From positions 62,001 to 126,000 of the forward strand of contig CP145426.1 in NCBI GenBank assembly GCA_036867785.1: a stretch of 64,000 bases of DNA. The letters run 5' to 3'. The translations under genes and the position numbers were made by a program. Within the stretch, counting starts at the first letter, position 1. The number at the start of each line of letters is the position of its first letter. The notes beneath the pieces are model-generated. The model did no database searches. It saw only the letters and a program-made list of their open reading frames with translations, and was not told the DNA's origin. Shown piece after piece: positions 12,304 through 24,852 of the stretch. This DNA is from Plasmodiophora brassicae. Lineage: Eukaryota.

Positions 12304-13444
12304 ATGCTGTCGCCCCGGGTTGTTGTCGCCATATGTCTTTGCTGCACGTTGCAGGTACCGACATGCCCATGCGGTCCATCACGGCTTTTACAGCACTGAC
12401 GCCCTAACGCCCCAGGCCTCCCTTACCAATATCAGTAGGGGTATCCAAGAGGTCCATAATCTGATGACACAGTCTTCATCGTCCCCGCGGGATTTCACCG
12501 AAGTCGACCGCCGGAAGCTCTCCGACATTGAGCACCAGCTCCAAAGCGAATTGCAAGACGCGCGGCATCTCGCTGCGGAAGACGTGAAGCAACTGCCACC
12601 TATTGCATCGCATCTGGCCATGATCAATGCATTGCGAGCCGGTTGGGCGATGCTTCACTTTAATATCGCGTCCTGACATTGTCATTCAGGTGTCGGCAAT
12701 ATGACTCAAATGGTCGAAACGGTATGTGAGGCTGCCGTCGTCCACTGCGATGCACTCGATGGGAACGGCCTGTTCAAGCTGACATTCGCCGCCGGCTCAT
12801 TGTCGCCATGCCCTTCGCACCTAGTCGAAACGTTCGCGTGGGCATACTCCCGTTTGTCGGGGCAGAACGGCAAGGCCCTGTCCGACATGGTTCTAGTCAT
12901 GGCGAAATGCAACGTCCGCAATAGGCCTCTACTTGGACGCTATGCCAGGTCGATCGTTGAACAGGATCATAGTCTCACGTCGTACGACGTTACAAACGTG
13001 GTCGACGCCCTCGCCAAGTTACGCTTCGCCGACATCGAGCTGTTTCTTCAGCTGTCGCAACGTGCCATCGGCATCATGGACACGTTCAGTGCCCGCGATG
13101 TGGCTCGAGTCGCTGGGGCGTTCGCCACTGTGGACATTTTCAGTTTCGAGCTCCTCCATCAAGTGTCGCATCGTGCAATCCAAGTCATGGATGACATGGC
13201 GGCGTGGGATATCGCCAAACTGGCCCGGGCATTCGCAACGTTTAATATCGCCGACCACGACCTGTTTCAGCATCTGTTGGATCGGGCTGCGGCCATCGCC
13301 GACACATTCAAACCGCACGACATCGCCGAAATGAAGTGGGCGCTTGACACGTTGCATATCAGTGTCACCGGCTGTGGCCTGTTCCTTGATCTTCTGTCGG
13401 GTCGTGGAGCACCCCGCGGTGATGTATTTGACAAGCGCCCATGA
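12304..13444 (+). CDS. Signal-peptide-bearing 37-aa helical repeat (HPR/OPR/FASTK-like) protein
   Basis: Introns 12355-12415 and 12642-12689 give one open frame starting MLSPRVVVAICLCCTLQASLT. The C-terminal half has three exact 37-residue repeats plus partial ones. Confidence 0.7.
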
Positions 13445-13870
13445 AGCGCAATACGAATCCGGCGGGTCTGACCCCGCCTTCCCCTGAATACAATCGCGTT
13501 TCGGTTTCCAACAGTTTACAAACCGGGCTGCCGGGGCTGGTCGGACTATCAGTCGGGAACCTCTGAAACCCTGGTGCTTGGACCGAATTACGTCTCTGTT
13601 CACCAGTACCTTGTGGGGCTTGCTGTGCGGTTTGATCCGCAGCAGCGTCAAGCAATATGGGACGCAGGTGACCCCAACGCAGATCAGATCAGCGTCCGCT
13701 GCTGCTAGCTGCAGCCCGCCCAGTGGGAACGCGCGGCACGAACGCACGGGCTGCTCCAGAGGACCAGATCGGCCGCATGCCGCGCACTTTGTCGCCGCCC
13801 CCTGGCAGTGGCACGGCTCACACGCAGGCCCGCATTTTGGTCGACCGCCAATCTCTGATCGAGAGGACTC

Positions 13871-15135
13871 ATGTCAATGACGGCCGGTCGCTGCCTGATG
13901 TTCCTCATCATCATGCTCGCCGCCCTGACTGACGCTGGCGCTGTGTCCGTCTTCAGGCTGCGCTCCGGCGACGGCGTCGACCATCTCGTCAATGCGTCGC
14001 GCGCGGTCGCCCACTCGCCGGTATTGAAATACCTGGCCGACGATGTCGGCCAAGTCGACGGCATTCCCATCGCAATGGTTGCCAGCGCCGAGCTGGGCCG
14101 TATTGTACATTTCATCAACGCCATACGCGTCGATGAGGTCCCTTCGTCTCAATATTAATGTTGATGCTGGCCGCATGCCGCTGACGTGGGGGTGTTCATC
14201 AGGTCGACCGAGCCATCCAATGGTGTGAGGAGACCCTCTGCACAACGAGTATGGACGAACTGTATCGGTTGCTGAGTGCCGCTGACTTCCTCAACCTGCG
14301 TCTGATGACGATCGCCATGGCGTCTGCGGAGTGCACCTGGGGCAGTATCTCTGCCATGGAGAACCTATTGACGGATGATACGCTTCCGCTTATCATGGGC
14401 GTCGCGCGGTTGAGCCAGATCGCTGCCACGAACGAGCAGGATGCGATTGTCAGCCAGGTTCGGCATGCTCTGGTCGGCCAAGGGAACATCTCCGTCGTCA
14501 ATGTCGCACACTGGAACCCGTCAAGGCCGCTGATGAACGTCGCCGCGCGCCATGGTGAGACGCGCATCATCGAGACGCTGCTGATGACGCCAGGGATTGA
14601 CGTGAACGTGGCCGATCAAGACCAGGCGACACCGCTGTACGAGGCGGCCATTCATGGATATGCCGACATCGTTGAGTTGCTGCTCAACGCGCCTGGGATC
14701 GACCCCAACGCTCCTGACAGATACGGCGTGACACCGTTGTACGCTGTCGTACTCGTTGCCACGGGCGGCGTCGACACTATCGCACTGCTGGATGATGCCG
14801 ATGTGACAGACGGCTACGTCGTCCCAGGACCTGACGCGGCTGCGCTCGACGGGATTACCCGGGTCGTCAAGTTGCTGCTTGGCGCACCCGGGATCGACGT
14901 CAATGCGCCTGACGCGTTCGGCATGACGCCCCTGCACGTTGCTGCTGAGGCGGGGTCTGCGTTTGTCGTCGAACTCCTGCTCCAGGCGCCAGGCATCGAT
15001 GTCCACGTTCGTGACAGTTTTGGGATGACGGCCTTACAGCGAGCTGCGGATCTCGGCCGAGGAGGTCACGTCGTCCCGCTGCTTTTGAGCGTCACCGGGA
15101 ACGCCACCGGGATCGACGTCAACGCGCTTCGCTGA
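13871..15135 (+). CDS. Secreted SKP1/BTB-like + ankyrin-repeat protein (candidate effector)
   Basis: Hydrophobic N-terminus; FRLRSGDGVDHLV...HSPVLKYL...ELGRIVHF; phase-0 intron 14138-14202; ELYRLLSAADFLNL; ankyrins TPLYEAA and TPLHVAA. Confidence 0.85.
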
Positions 15136-15447
15136 TCCGGACTCCGCAGGCTCAAGGCCAATGGCAATACACGATTCGAGGAGCCCACACACAAGCCGTT
15201 TCCGTCTGCATATCCGGCAGCGCCGTCGGAAACGAACAGAGTGGCGCGCGACCGTGCGCTTCCAGCATGATGAATCAGCAGGCTCGGGCAGGCGCGTCTG
15301 GTTCGAGCCAGGGCGAAGCCGGCGTCAGTTACAGCGCAGCGTCAGTTGAAAAGTTGTTTTCTGTTTTTGCTTTTTACGGAATCGGTATTGGGGGTTCCCG
15401 CAGACCGCCGCTGAGTTCGTTCGCGCGGGCGGTGTTTGGAGCGCAGG

Positions 15448-17025
15448 ATGACGGCGCCGTTCTATTCGTTCCCGGTGCTGCCCGTGTCCGAGGTCGTCAC
15501 CTTCCTGGGCAACCTGCCGCAGCCGCAGCCGCCGCTGACGTCCACCGACATCACCGAGCCGACGCCGGCCACCGTTCAGCTGATCTACTTCCAGTTCGTC
15601 GAGATGCTGATGGGCGTCGTCCCCGATGAGCTGCATGTCCGCCCGGATGACGAAGGCCCATACCCGCAGCTGCACGAACAGTCGGTCCCGCAGTCCATGA
15701 TGATTAAGGTCAGTCGTGCGTTGCTCTCCTGTTGAATCGGTATCGGTTCATCCTGCTGTTCAGTACCTGACCTCGCTAATGAACGTCGTCGGCGTGCGGG
15801 ATTTCTCCTGGCGGGATCTCGTCTTCCCCGATAAGAAGAGGACGATCCGCAACATCTCCGCCATTATCAACTTCGCAAAGTTCAGACAGGACCGCATGGA
15901 AACGTTCCAGGAGTTCTTGGAGAAGACCGAACAGGTATGGTACCGCCCCTGAACGCGTTGTCTTGGCGATGGCTGAAGCCACCCGTCCACGTAGCTCACG
16001 AATGAAGTCACGCGAGTCAGTGACGAAGTGGAGACGGTGCGCGCCCAGCGGGACGAACTTCGCCGGGAGAAGGACGAGCAGGCGCCGAAGCTGGCGGCCT
16101 GCGTGTCGGAGATCGACGACATGTCCGACCGGCTGTCGTCGCTGCAGAAACTGACGTCCGACCTGCGGGCGGAAATTCGTGACGATAAGGAGCAGTGTGC
16201 GTCCTTGACGGACGCTGTCGAAAGCGAGAAGTTCAAGGTCGTCCACATTCGCTCCGAAGTCGATCGTATCTCGACGCAGATCGTTCGCTCCCCGGCAAGG
16301 TACCACGGGGTCATGTTCTCCCGGCCCCCACGTTCTTACCGTCGCAAGCTAGGCTGAAACGCTCGCTGGCGACGCTGGGCGAGAACGTGGAATCTGAGAA
16401 ACGCGAGATCGAATCTGCCATGAAACGCCTGCGGGAGTTGGAGGAACGGCTGGCGGCCATCCAGAAGTCAGACGGGAGAATCGGCAAACGCGTACGTTAC
16501 ATCGTGACCTATCTGTTCAGTATGCTTTGTACACTGAGCACTATACAGGTTGCAGAGATAAAGGAGATCAATGACATGCTGGCGCAATGTAAATCAGCCG
16601 ACAAGGAGGCGAAGGAGTTGGCGAAAACGATCGCCGTCAACGAGGAGCACATCAACGAGAGCGTCCGCGAGGAACGCTTCGTCAGAGAGCAGGTCGCCAA
16701 AGCCACCGACCGCCTCATGCGCCTCCAGTCGCAATTCGAGAAGAAACGCTGCGAGGCGGACCTGACCCTGAAGGAGGTCGAAGCGGAACGCGCCGCAATG
16801 ATGGACCAGATTGGACAGCAACGGAAACAGGCGCACGAGAACGCGATGGAGACCGACGAGCGACGCCGAGAGATCAACGCGGTCGCTGCTGCCCATCGCG
16901 AATCCATGGAGTCCCTGCGGCAGAAGTACGACCAGTTGGCGTCGCAGGTCGCCTGCTACCATCAACGCCTCCTGGACGTGATGGGCGACGCCACCCATGT
17001 ACACACCACCACCCGGGATGAATGA
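15448..17025 (+). CDS. NUF2: Kinetochore protein Nuf2, multi-exon
   Basis: YSFPVLPVSEVV...DITEPTP; DFSWRDLVFPDKKRTIRNISAIINFAKFRQ; long C-terminal coiled coil. Confidence 0.9.
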
Positions 17026-17348
17026 CGAATTCGTCGACCCGATTTCTCTTTATGAAGCAGTTCGTTCCGTATGCTGTCAGGCGCCTGCTGTCCGACAACG
17101 ACCGACCAGGGTCGGATTCGTTAAAGTGGGGCCAGTCCTGTAGCAGTCCGTATGACCTGCAGGCGCGGCATCCGGTTACAGCTGGGGACTGGTCCAGTGT
17201 CCCTCGTTTTTGAATCCGGCGGCACAGTGGGCGGTTTGGGGTAGGACGATAGATAGGTAGTTCGTCCGCCGGAGATTGGGTCATTTGTGATCATCGGTGG
17301 CTCTCGGGGACCACGAGGGATCCTGCGGCTGCGCGCACTGCGATCGGG

Positions 17349-20300
17349 ATGCCGGGTGCCGGGGTGCCCGCCTGCGAACCGATCGACGTCGCACTGGAGA
17401 TGATGTCAGCGGCGCCGCTGCCGATCGCACAGGCGGTTCCGATGCCGACGGCGCCGTTCCCGGGCGCGCTACCTACATCGTCGTCGTGTCTCGTAGACAC
17501 GGCGGCCATGGAAGCGTTACTGGCATCCACGCCCATCCAGTACTGCTTGGCATCGACGTTGCCGGTTCGCGAGGGTTACTCAGCTGGCTGCTAGGGATCG
17601 TTCGTCTACGGATGTCATCAAGGACCCTTGCGTGAAGTTGGGACCCGGTGCCCTGCGTGTCGTCGAGGCGTATCGCGAGCAGCTGTCATCAACCGGCGGT
17701 GGGCAACCGCATCCCCCCAGCTCGCCGGTACCGCGAACGCCAAAGTCAAAGTCGAGGTCGCGGCGGTCGACTTTAAGCTCAGCGAGGGTCACGCCACCCG
17801 CCGTTGTCAATCTGGCTGACTACGTCGAGGCGTTCGTGACGAAGATGATGGGTGTGCGCCCCCAGGACATTCCCCTCGGCTCCCGTATGTCGACCTTCAG
17901 TTGTGCGCTCGGTCCCAAGGTCTCACATCGATTGTAGAATCGGGCAAGTTCTCCTTGAGTGCGCTCTGCTGGTTGACCCTGTTGAGCCATGCGAGGAGGG
18001 ACCAGACCGTATCAGAGCTGCCCGTCTCCGTCGTTTCTGATCTGTTCTCGTTGATCGTCAGCCAGATTGACGCATCCATCGACGTTTCTGTTCACGATGT
18101 CAACCCGACGACCAAAGCGGCCGTACGTCTGCCTATGGTTGCTTACGCGGACATGGGATGACGTTGTTCCAGGCCATGGAGAACCTTCAGAAAGCCATCG
18201 CCGCCAGCTCCGTTGCGCTCGGTACCTTGCACTGTCGCGTCCCTAATTTGTCGTCTCCTTACTACATCTCCACATAGTGGTTATGAGTGCGCCAGGCGTC
18301 AACCGCGCCCTTGTTGTGGAGGAGATCGTCGAGAAGACGGTCCGCATGCTGAAGGTTCACCTCTCGCGAACGGTTGCCCCCATATTCGACAAGACACGAA
18401 GAGTGCAGAACGGAGGGCCTCCTGAATCCTACTGGGCCGAATCCAGTGGCGCATTTGGCGCCCTTTGTCGTAACGTTTGCTCTCTGTTTGAAAGGCTCTT
18501 TGAATTCCTGAAGTCTGAACCGGCGAGCGATGCAATCGTCGTGTCCCTTGTGTCGGCGTACTTCTCACTACCGCAGAGTGCTACCGAACTACAGCTGGCC
18601 GGCATTAACCTCGTCGAGGTTGCCTTTCTGCGCAATCCCACTGTGAGGGACACGATAATCGAAGAGGTTTCGTCAGCGTCTGTGTTGCGCATGGGCGTTG
18701 CTGAACACCGATGGTTGCAGGTTGCAGGCAGGATCGCAGGCACTGAACGGTCGGAGCGCCGGCGTGTTTATCGGGTTGGGGACTCGGGATCCATCCAGGC
18801 AATGGTCGCTCTTGGAATGCTGGTCGTGCAAGATCTGGCATTACTATGTGTCAATCGTGCACAAAGCGGCAATGGTTTTGAGGAATGCGTGATGGCACCT
18901 CTGGCATTGAGCGATAAGTTCTGCCGTACCCTTGTTGTCCTTATTGTCAACCAGGCATTCCGCCCGGGGATGTCGGTGTTGGACTCACGAAACGTGGTCC
19001 ATGATTTCGTCGACGATATCCTGAAGTGCCTGTTTTCGCCGGAATGGCCCGTCGCTCAGTACCTCCTGCACAACGTGTTACATGTCATGCGGAACTTTCT
19101 TCTTAACTCGAACGTAAGGGACGAAATAATATGCCCTTGGCCTGCCTCGGTCCTGACGCGTTGCTGGCATAGTATCCCAGTGCGAAACGGATCGTTGCTA
19201 TCGAATTGACGGGATACGTACTTTCGCATCTCCAGCCGCAGATAGCCAGTGTCAATGCGGACTCGCAAATCATTCGTCAACGGGTAACCGAATTCAATCC
19301 GGAGGGTACCATTTTAACCGATGCCACTGAGAAAATCGGTTGCGAATGTGGGCGCGGTCCCAATCCCAACGAATTAATGGTGAAGCAGACCGATGTGAAC
19401 CTGTGGACCTACGCATGCTAACTTGCGTCTGGTTCAGCTGGACTGTGACGAATGCCATCATTGGTTCCATGGATCGTGCGCCCAGGTTTCCTTCGACAGG
19501 ATGCCGCAGTCATGGATTTGTGAGCCCTGCTCTCTTCGAGTCTACGTCCAAGAACAACAGCTCACAATGGTATCAACTGGTGTGCCCGCGTCATTGGGTT
19601 TGTACTGATGAATGTCTTTCTTACCTTTAGAAGCGCGCCTTGTCAAAGGACAGCCCTTCATCGCACAATGAAGGGCCTGCCGGCGGCAATGTCTCTGACG
19701 ATGAAACCCACGACATGATACTTCCCCAGATATTGGTGAATTTCTTGACAAAGCACAGATCCCAATACCAAATGCTGGGCGCTCGACAGTATGCTCTTGC
19801 GGACTGGGCTCGGCAGCTGAGAGAGGCGTCAAGCGGAAAGGTTCGTTGGCAACGTCTCGTCCTACTTTCTTGATGTTCAGTTCTTTAACAGGAACTCGAT
19901 GTATTCAATTTGCAATGGGATCCGAACAATCTACCGCCCGCTCTTCGTCTATGGGGTGAGGATTCCGGGACAACAACACGCGACAAGCTACGGCGCATTG
20001 CTCGAGTGATGTCAAGGAGTAGCGGCCTTCTTAAAGACCAGGAAAACTTCGTCAAGGCAGGTCTTCTTAGTCTTGTTACCACGTTCAGCCTCTAACGTGC
20101 CGTATCCCGAAATCTTAGGCTGTCATCAACTGCTCCCACGAAAAGCAACCGTCAATGCGTTCGCGTGTCGTTAAGGTACATATGCCCATCGATATTAACT
20201 CGTGTCGTCAGGCTGAGTGCTTCCAGGCCATGTGCTCCATCGTTGATACCGACGCCGCTCTACTTGAACACGATTTCGTGCTTCATTCTATACAGGATGC

Positions 20301-23300
20301 TGTGCAGGTAGTTCGTCGTCATGTGGGACGTGCGGGCGGCGCGCATTGATTGTGTGCAATTACGCAGGACGTATCCACGTCAGTTCGCGAGGCTGCTGTC
20401 GAACTTCTTGGGAAGAAAGTGCTCGCTCGATCGTCCCTCTCCGAAAAATACTATGAGATCATTGCAGCTCGACTTCGCGATAAGGGTCTTAGCGTTCGAA
20501 AACGATGGTATGGGCGGTTGAGCCACGTCGTGGTCTCCCCAATCTAACTCAGGCTGGGGCAGTGTCAAGATACTTCGCGATATCTGCCTCCTCATGCCAA
20601 GTCACTCGATGTATGTAAAGATTTGCACTATGCTCATCTCGAGGTCGCGAGACGAACCGTCCATCCGCTCTCTTGTGATCCAGTCGTTTCGACAAATGTG
20701 GTTCGAAAGCTTTCTTCGCCAGCAATCTCGCATCGCAGGTATTGGATTCGATACCTTCTCATCGGGCTCTTTAGCTAATTCGCTAGTTGCAGTCGCTTCC
20801 ATTGCTAGCGGGGACGGGCTGCATCAATTTGCAGATGAGTTCCGCATGGTTTCCAAGCACATTGTACGTGGTACTGTATCCGTCGTGCACAAATGGATAT
20901 TGTAACCGCTCTGCAGGTTGATGTGGTTGGTCAGCTTCCAGCAACGGATTGGCTGGTGGACCTGATATCGTCGTTGTCTGCTACGCCAGCCGATGGCGCC
21001 GCCTCCGGTGGCCCAGTATTCGACGTCTGTATAGATCTCTGCAGCTGCATTGTTCAGGTGCGCGTATGTCATGTGGTATCAAATCGCGCACTGACTTCGG
21101 GAACGCGCAGCAATTGATTTCTGAGCAAGCCGAGGAGCGCACCTACTATGCCCGCATCCGAACTCTGCACGTCTTCTGCTCAGCTTGTCCGACGTTCCTC
21201 GCGAAACATGCCAGCATTCTTCTTCCGTTGATCAAGGTAGACAATATAGGTACGCCATTCCGCGGGCATTGTTCATCGCACGACGTGCGCTCACTGACAC
21301 GTCTGTAGCTCATGGCGAAGAACAGCAAGGGCTGAGCTTGCTCTGCGAGATCATGTTCATGTGCTTGGTCATTACCGAGTCTCCTCGGATCGCGTTTCTA
21401 GAGAAACTGGTTCGCGACCTGCGCACTCTCATTCTGCAGCAGGGGACAGCGGTGCTTCGAACAGCTATACCGTGTCTATGTGCTGCGTCGAGAAAGGCAG
21501 GCCTGATCTCGTGAACGCTATCGCTGATAGGTATCTCACACAGCATGTTCAGACGGATGTTCCAGGACTGGTCGCAGTGCCTCGCCAGCTGTTGATGTCA
21601 TTTTGCCAGTATCTTCGGCAGAATGCCTCGGGTGCTGCAAGCCACGAGGCGCGCGTCAAACGATCCCTGCTCCGGTCTTTGTTCTCGATCGGCCTTCTTG
21701 TTCGCTACTTCGATTTCGATGAAGGCACCGGGGCACATGCCACGTCGGAAAGCGCTGTTGACGTATACCGTTCATACCTTCACCACGTTGACGAAGGCAA
21801 GTGCTGCTATGGCGCCTTGTTTTCGCCTTGCTGACATGCTCGTGTAGTTATTCGCCGCGTTGCACTACAAGGCCTGGTGTTTGTGTATAGCCGGCTTCCT
21901 GCTCTCATGCTCTCCACGTCGTCTGAGCTTCGCGCCGCCGTTGCCTCACCTACCCCATCTGTCAAGGCGCAGGCTTTGCAGAGTCTTGCAGACTTCCTCC
22001 AGAATGAAGACGACCTCGTCCAGGTTCGTTTGGAACGAGTGCGATGCCTTGACATTCCCGTGCGAGTCTAACTGTGTGCACCTATAGTATCTTCAGGACT
22101 CCAACAAAACGTCTCGCCCTTCTGCTCGTGATTCCGCTCCAGGCTGTAACGGTGCCGACGACTTGACGGCGGAAGACCAGCAGCGGAGACGCCAGTCGGG
22201 CCTGCTCTCGCTTGCTTCGCTTCTACGCTGTGCAAATGAATCCGAATCGGGTGTCATATCGGGTGTCATGAACCAGCTGCTACCCGACTTGCTTGTGCTT
22301 GCCCTCTCCCCTTCACCAGAGGTATGTGCTCCGGCTGGTTGTGTGTGTGTGTCCACCTTTCATGGAACCGACCTTGCAGGTCCGTCATGGGTTCCTTTCC
22401 CTGTCGAGGCAGCTCCTGGCTCAGAGGATCTGCAACCCATCGTCGTGCGCAGCGCCTGTTATCGCGTTGTGCGGCGATACTCGAGGCGAACTTCGCGAGC
22501 TGGCTCTTGAGCAACTATCGTCTCTCTCGCGAGCCTACCCGTCCGTTATTCGACAGGGGTTTCTACCTGCCCTGCGACTGTTACATCGTTTGCACACTGC
22601 GCTGGCCCCGATGGCTGCCGATGAGATGACGACGTCTCTTGAAGGAGTGTCGCGATTCTATCGCCTTCTCTGCAAAGTACGTGCGCGTTCGCATTGTGTC
22701 GAACCCCCTTCATTGCGATGTTTCTCACCACGCGCTCGAAAAGGTTTCAACAGACACGTCATCGCTCCTCGCCGCTCTCGTTGACGTGTGCGATGTCGTC
22801 GCTCCGAACGACGATGGTGACGATGAGCAACGTCGAGTTGCTCTCCTGCCGGTCGCGTTCGTCGCGAGAATTCTGTCCTGCCTTCCGTACCGGAACGACG
22901 AGCCTCTCCACGCTATCTATCACCTGCAACGGCATATCGGTAGTATCAAGGCAACTGTTGTTCGCAATGGAGGCCGCTGACCTCCCCGTGATGGTCAGAG
23001 ATCGTCGGCGCCCCCGTCGATAGCGTCCTTCGCACCGCATTCAAGTACGAGCTGCTGCAGGAGAACGCGGGAGCCACGCCGGACCAGATCGGCCGGCTTG
23101 CCCGTTTCGTGGACGTCTGCGACGACCTGACGGTCTTGATCCGCCTCAAGCACTACCTGCAGACCAAGTTCAACGTGGCCAGCGCGAAGGTTGAAGAATG
23201 GAGCCCGCTCCACAGGTCGGCGATCGCGTGTTCGGCGACCGAAGTGCCGCCGTTCGATGTCGGATCCAGGACCAGCGACGCAGGCGACATCGAATCTCTC

Positions 23301-23667
23301 AAGGCCAGATATCTCTCCGTAAGCGGTGGGCCTTGCTTCGCCAAACCGCGTTCTGACCCCACAGGGTCCGCAGTTCAAAGCGTGTTTCGAGAACGACACG
23401 AGCGACGTCAGGTTGCAGTACGTGGCTGGGGGGAAACGACGGGCAAAGTCGTCGCCGGCACCGTCCAGGCATAATACGCCCAAGCGGCAGCAGGCCGACG
23501 CCGTCACCCCGCGTCGCAACCAGAGACGCGCCAGCGTCCAGGTCGCGTCCCTGCTCCGGGACACGGCCGGAGACGATCGGGACTCCAATAACGGCATCGG
23601 CGACGACGACGAGGAGTACACGCCTGTGCGGAAACGACCGCGGGCGTCGTTCCGCATTCCATCCTGA
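17349..23667 (+). CDS. NIPBL: Cohesin loader Nipped-B-like/SCC2 with an internal PHD finger, many introns
   Basis: LFSPEWPVAQYLL; DVSTSVREAAVELLGK; YYEIIAARLRDKGLSVRKR; KRSLLRSLFSIGLLVRYFDFD; LIRLKHYLQ. Confidence 0.88.
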
Positions 23668-23765
23668 GTTCGCCGCTGTCTTCCCGGATTCTATTTCATA
23701 CACACGTGCACCCTATACCAGACGCATCATCGTCGACGGCCTGCGCCGTGCGTTGCTCCAGCGTT

Positions 23766-24382
23766 TTACGTCCCGGTCGGGTCGCCCAGGACGGCACTGA
23801 AGAACGTGATGGCGTTCTGCAACGCCTGCTGCCGTTTGTCGGCCACGTTGGGGTCGGTCCAGTCCCCGCGTATGGCGAACCCGTGCGCGACGCCCGGGTA
23901 GTTGGCGACCGCCGCGCCTTTCGCAAAGAGCGACGCCTGAGGGACAACGCGCGTGTCAAACGGGGACAGCGGCCGGTTGATCTGGCCTGACGTTGGAGGC
24001 GTCTGGGCCCACCAGCGCATCCACCGTGTGCATTCCCGCGGGTGGCACCTCGTTGCCGTTGAACAGGTCGGGGACGACGGCAACGTAGCCGGCCGTGGCG
24101 AACTGATCCGCCAGCAGACGGCCATTGCTCAGCTTGTACCCGAATATGTCGGTCGCTGCCGTGTTCCAGTACAGCGTCACAGGCCGACCCCGGGAATGCC
24201 TTCCGCCGTCTGGCGTGCGTACCAATAACAACGGCGCGATTCGCTGAACACGACGTTATCCTGTCCCCTTCGACGGTGACGCTTCGGCAGGCGACATAAC
24301 ACGAAATCCCTCCAATGGCCAACACGGATCCCGTCGGGGTTCCGCTGTCCACGGTGCCAGCACAGCACGCCAGCGACGCCAT
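23766..24382 (-). pseudogene. Dienelactone hydrolase family gene lacking its central catalytic segment
   Basis: CCAGTVDSGTPTG, TDIFGY, LLADQFATAGYVAVVPDLFNG and C-terminal YPGVAHGFAIRG are present. There is no G-x-C-x-G nucleophile elbow between them. Confidence 0.65.
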
Positions 24383-24852
24383 CGCCACAGCGGTAACCTG
24401 GCCCGGGCGCGCGCGTGTGTGTGTGGGTGCGCTGCGCGAGGCCTCTGGTAAAACCCGATAAAGGCATCCTGAAGGGGCACACCCGCTTCCAGTTCGCCGC
24501 ACATCTCGGGGAACTGTCAGTCGTCAGCAGAGGATGCTGTTCCCGAACTCAGCAGTGTTCCGCGGGGGCAATGCCATCGCACCGGCCCCGTGGTGTAGTG
24601 GCAGCATGTCGCCCTCCGGAGGCGAAGGTTCGCGAGTTCAAACCTCGCCGGGGTCGCAACACGTCCGCGCTATTTTTTGCCGCTGTCGTTCGGGGCCCAC
24701 GGGGCCGTGTCACCAGCACACACACACCACATGCAGAAGGAACACACACGCACACACACAGACACCTCATCAGTAGGCCGCTGTTCCAAATACGACGACA
24801 ATCGGGATTCCACGATGTGTATTTCGTTTTCGTACGCCGCACAGCGCCACCG

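Noticed and set aside
24718-24762. (CA)n-rich tract, also GT-rich at ~24415 and ~22338
   Set aside because: Short imperfect microsatellites; not telomeric or CRISPR-like.
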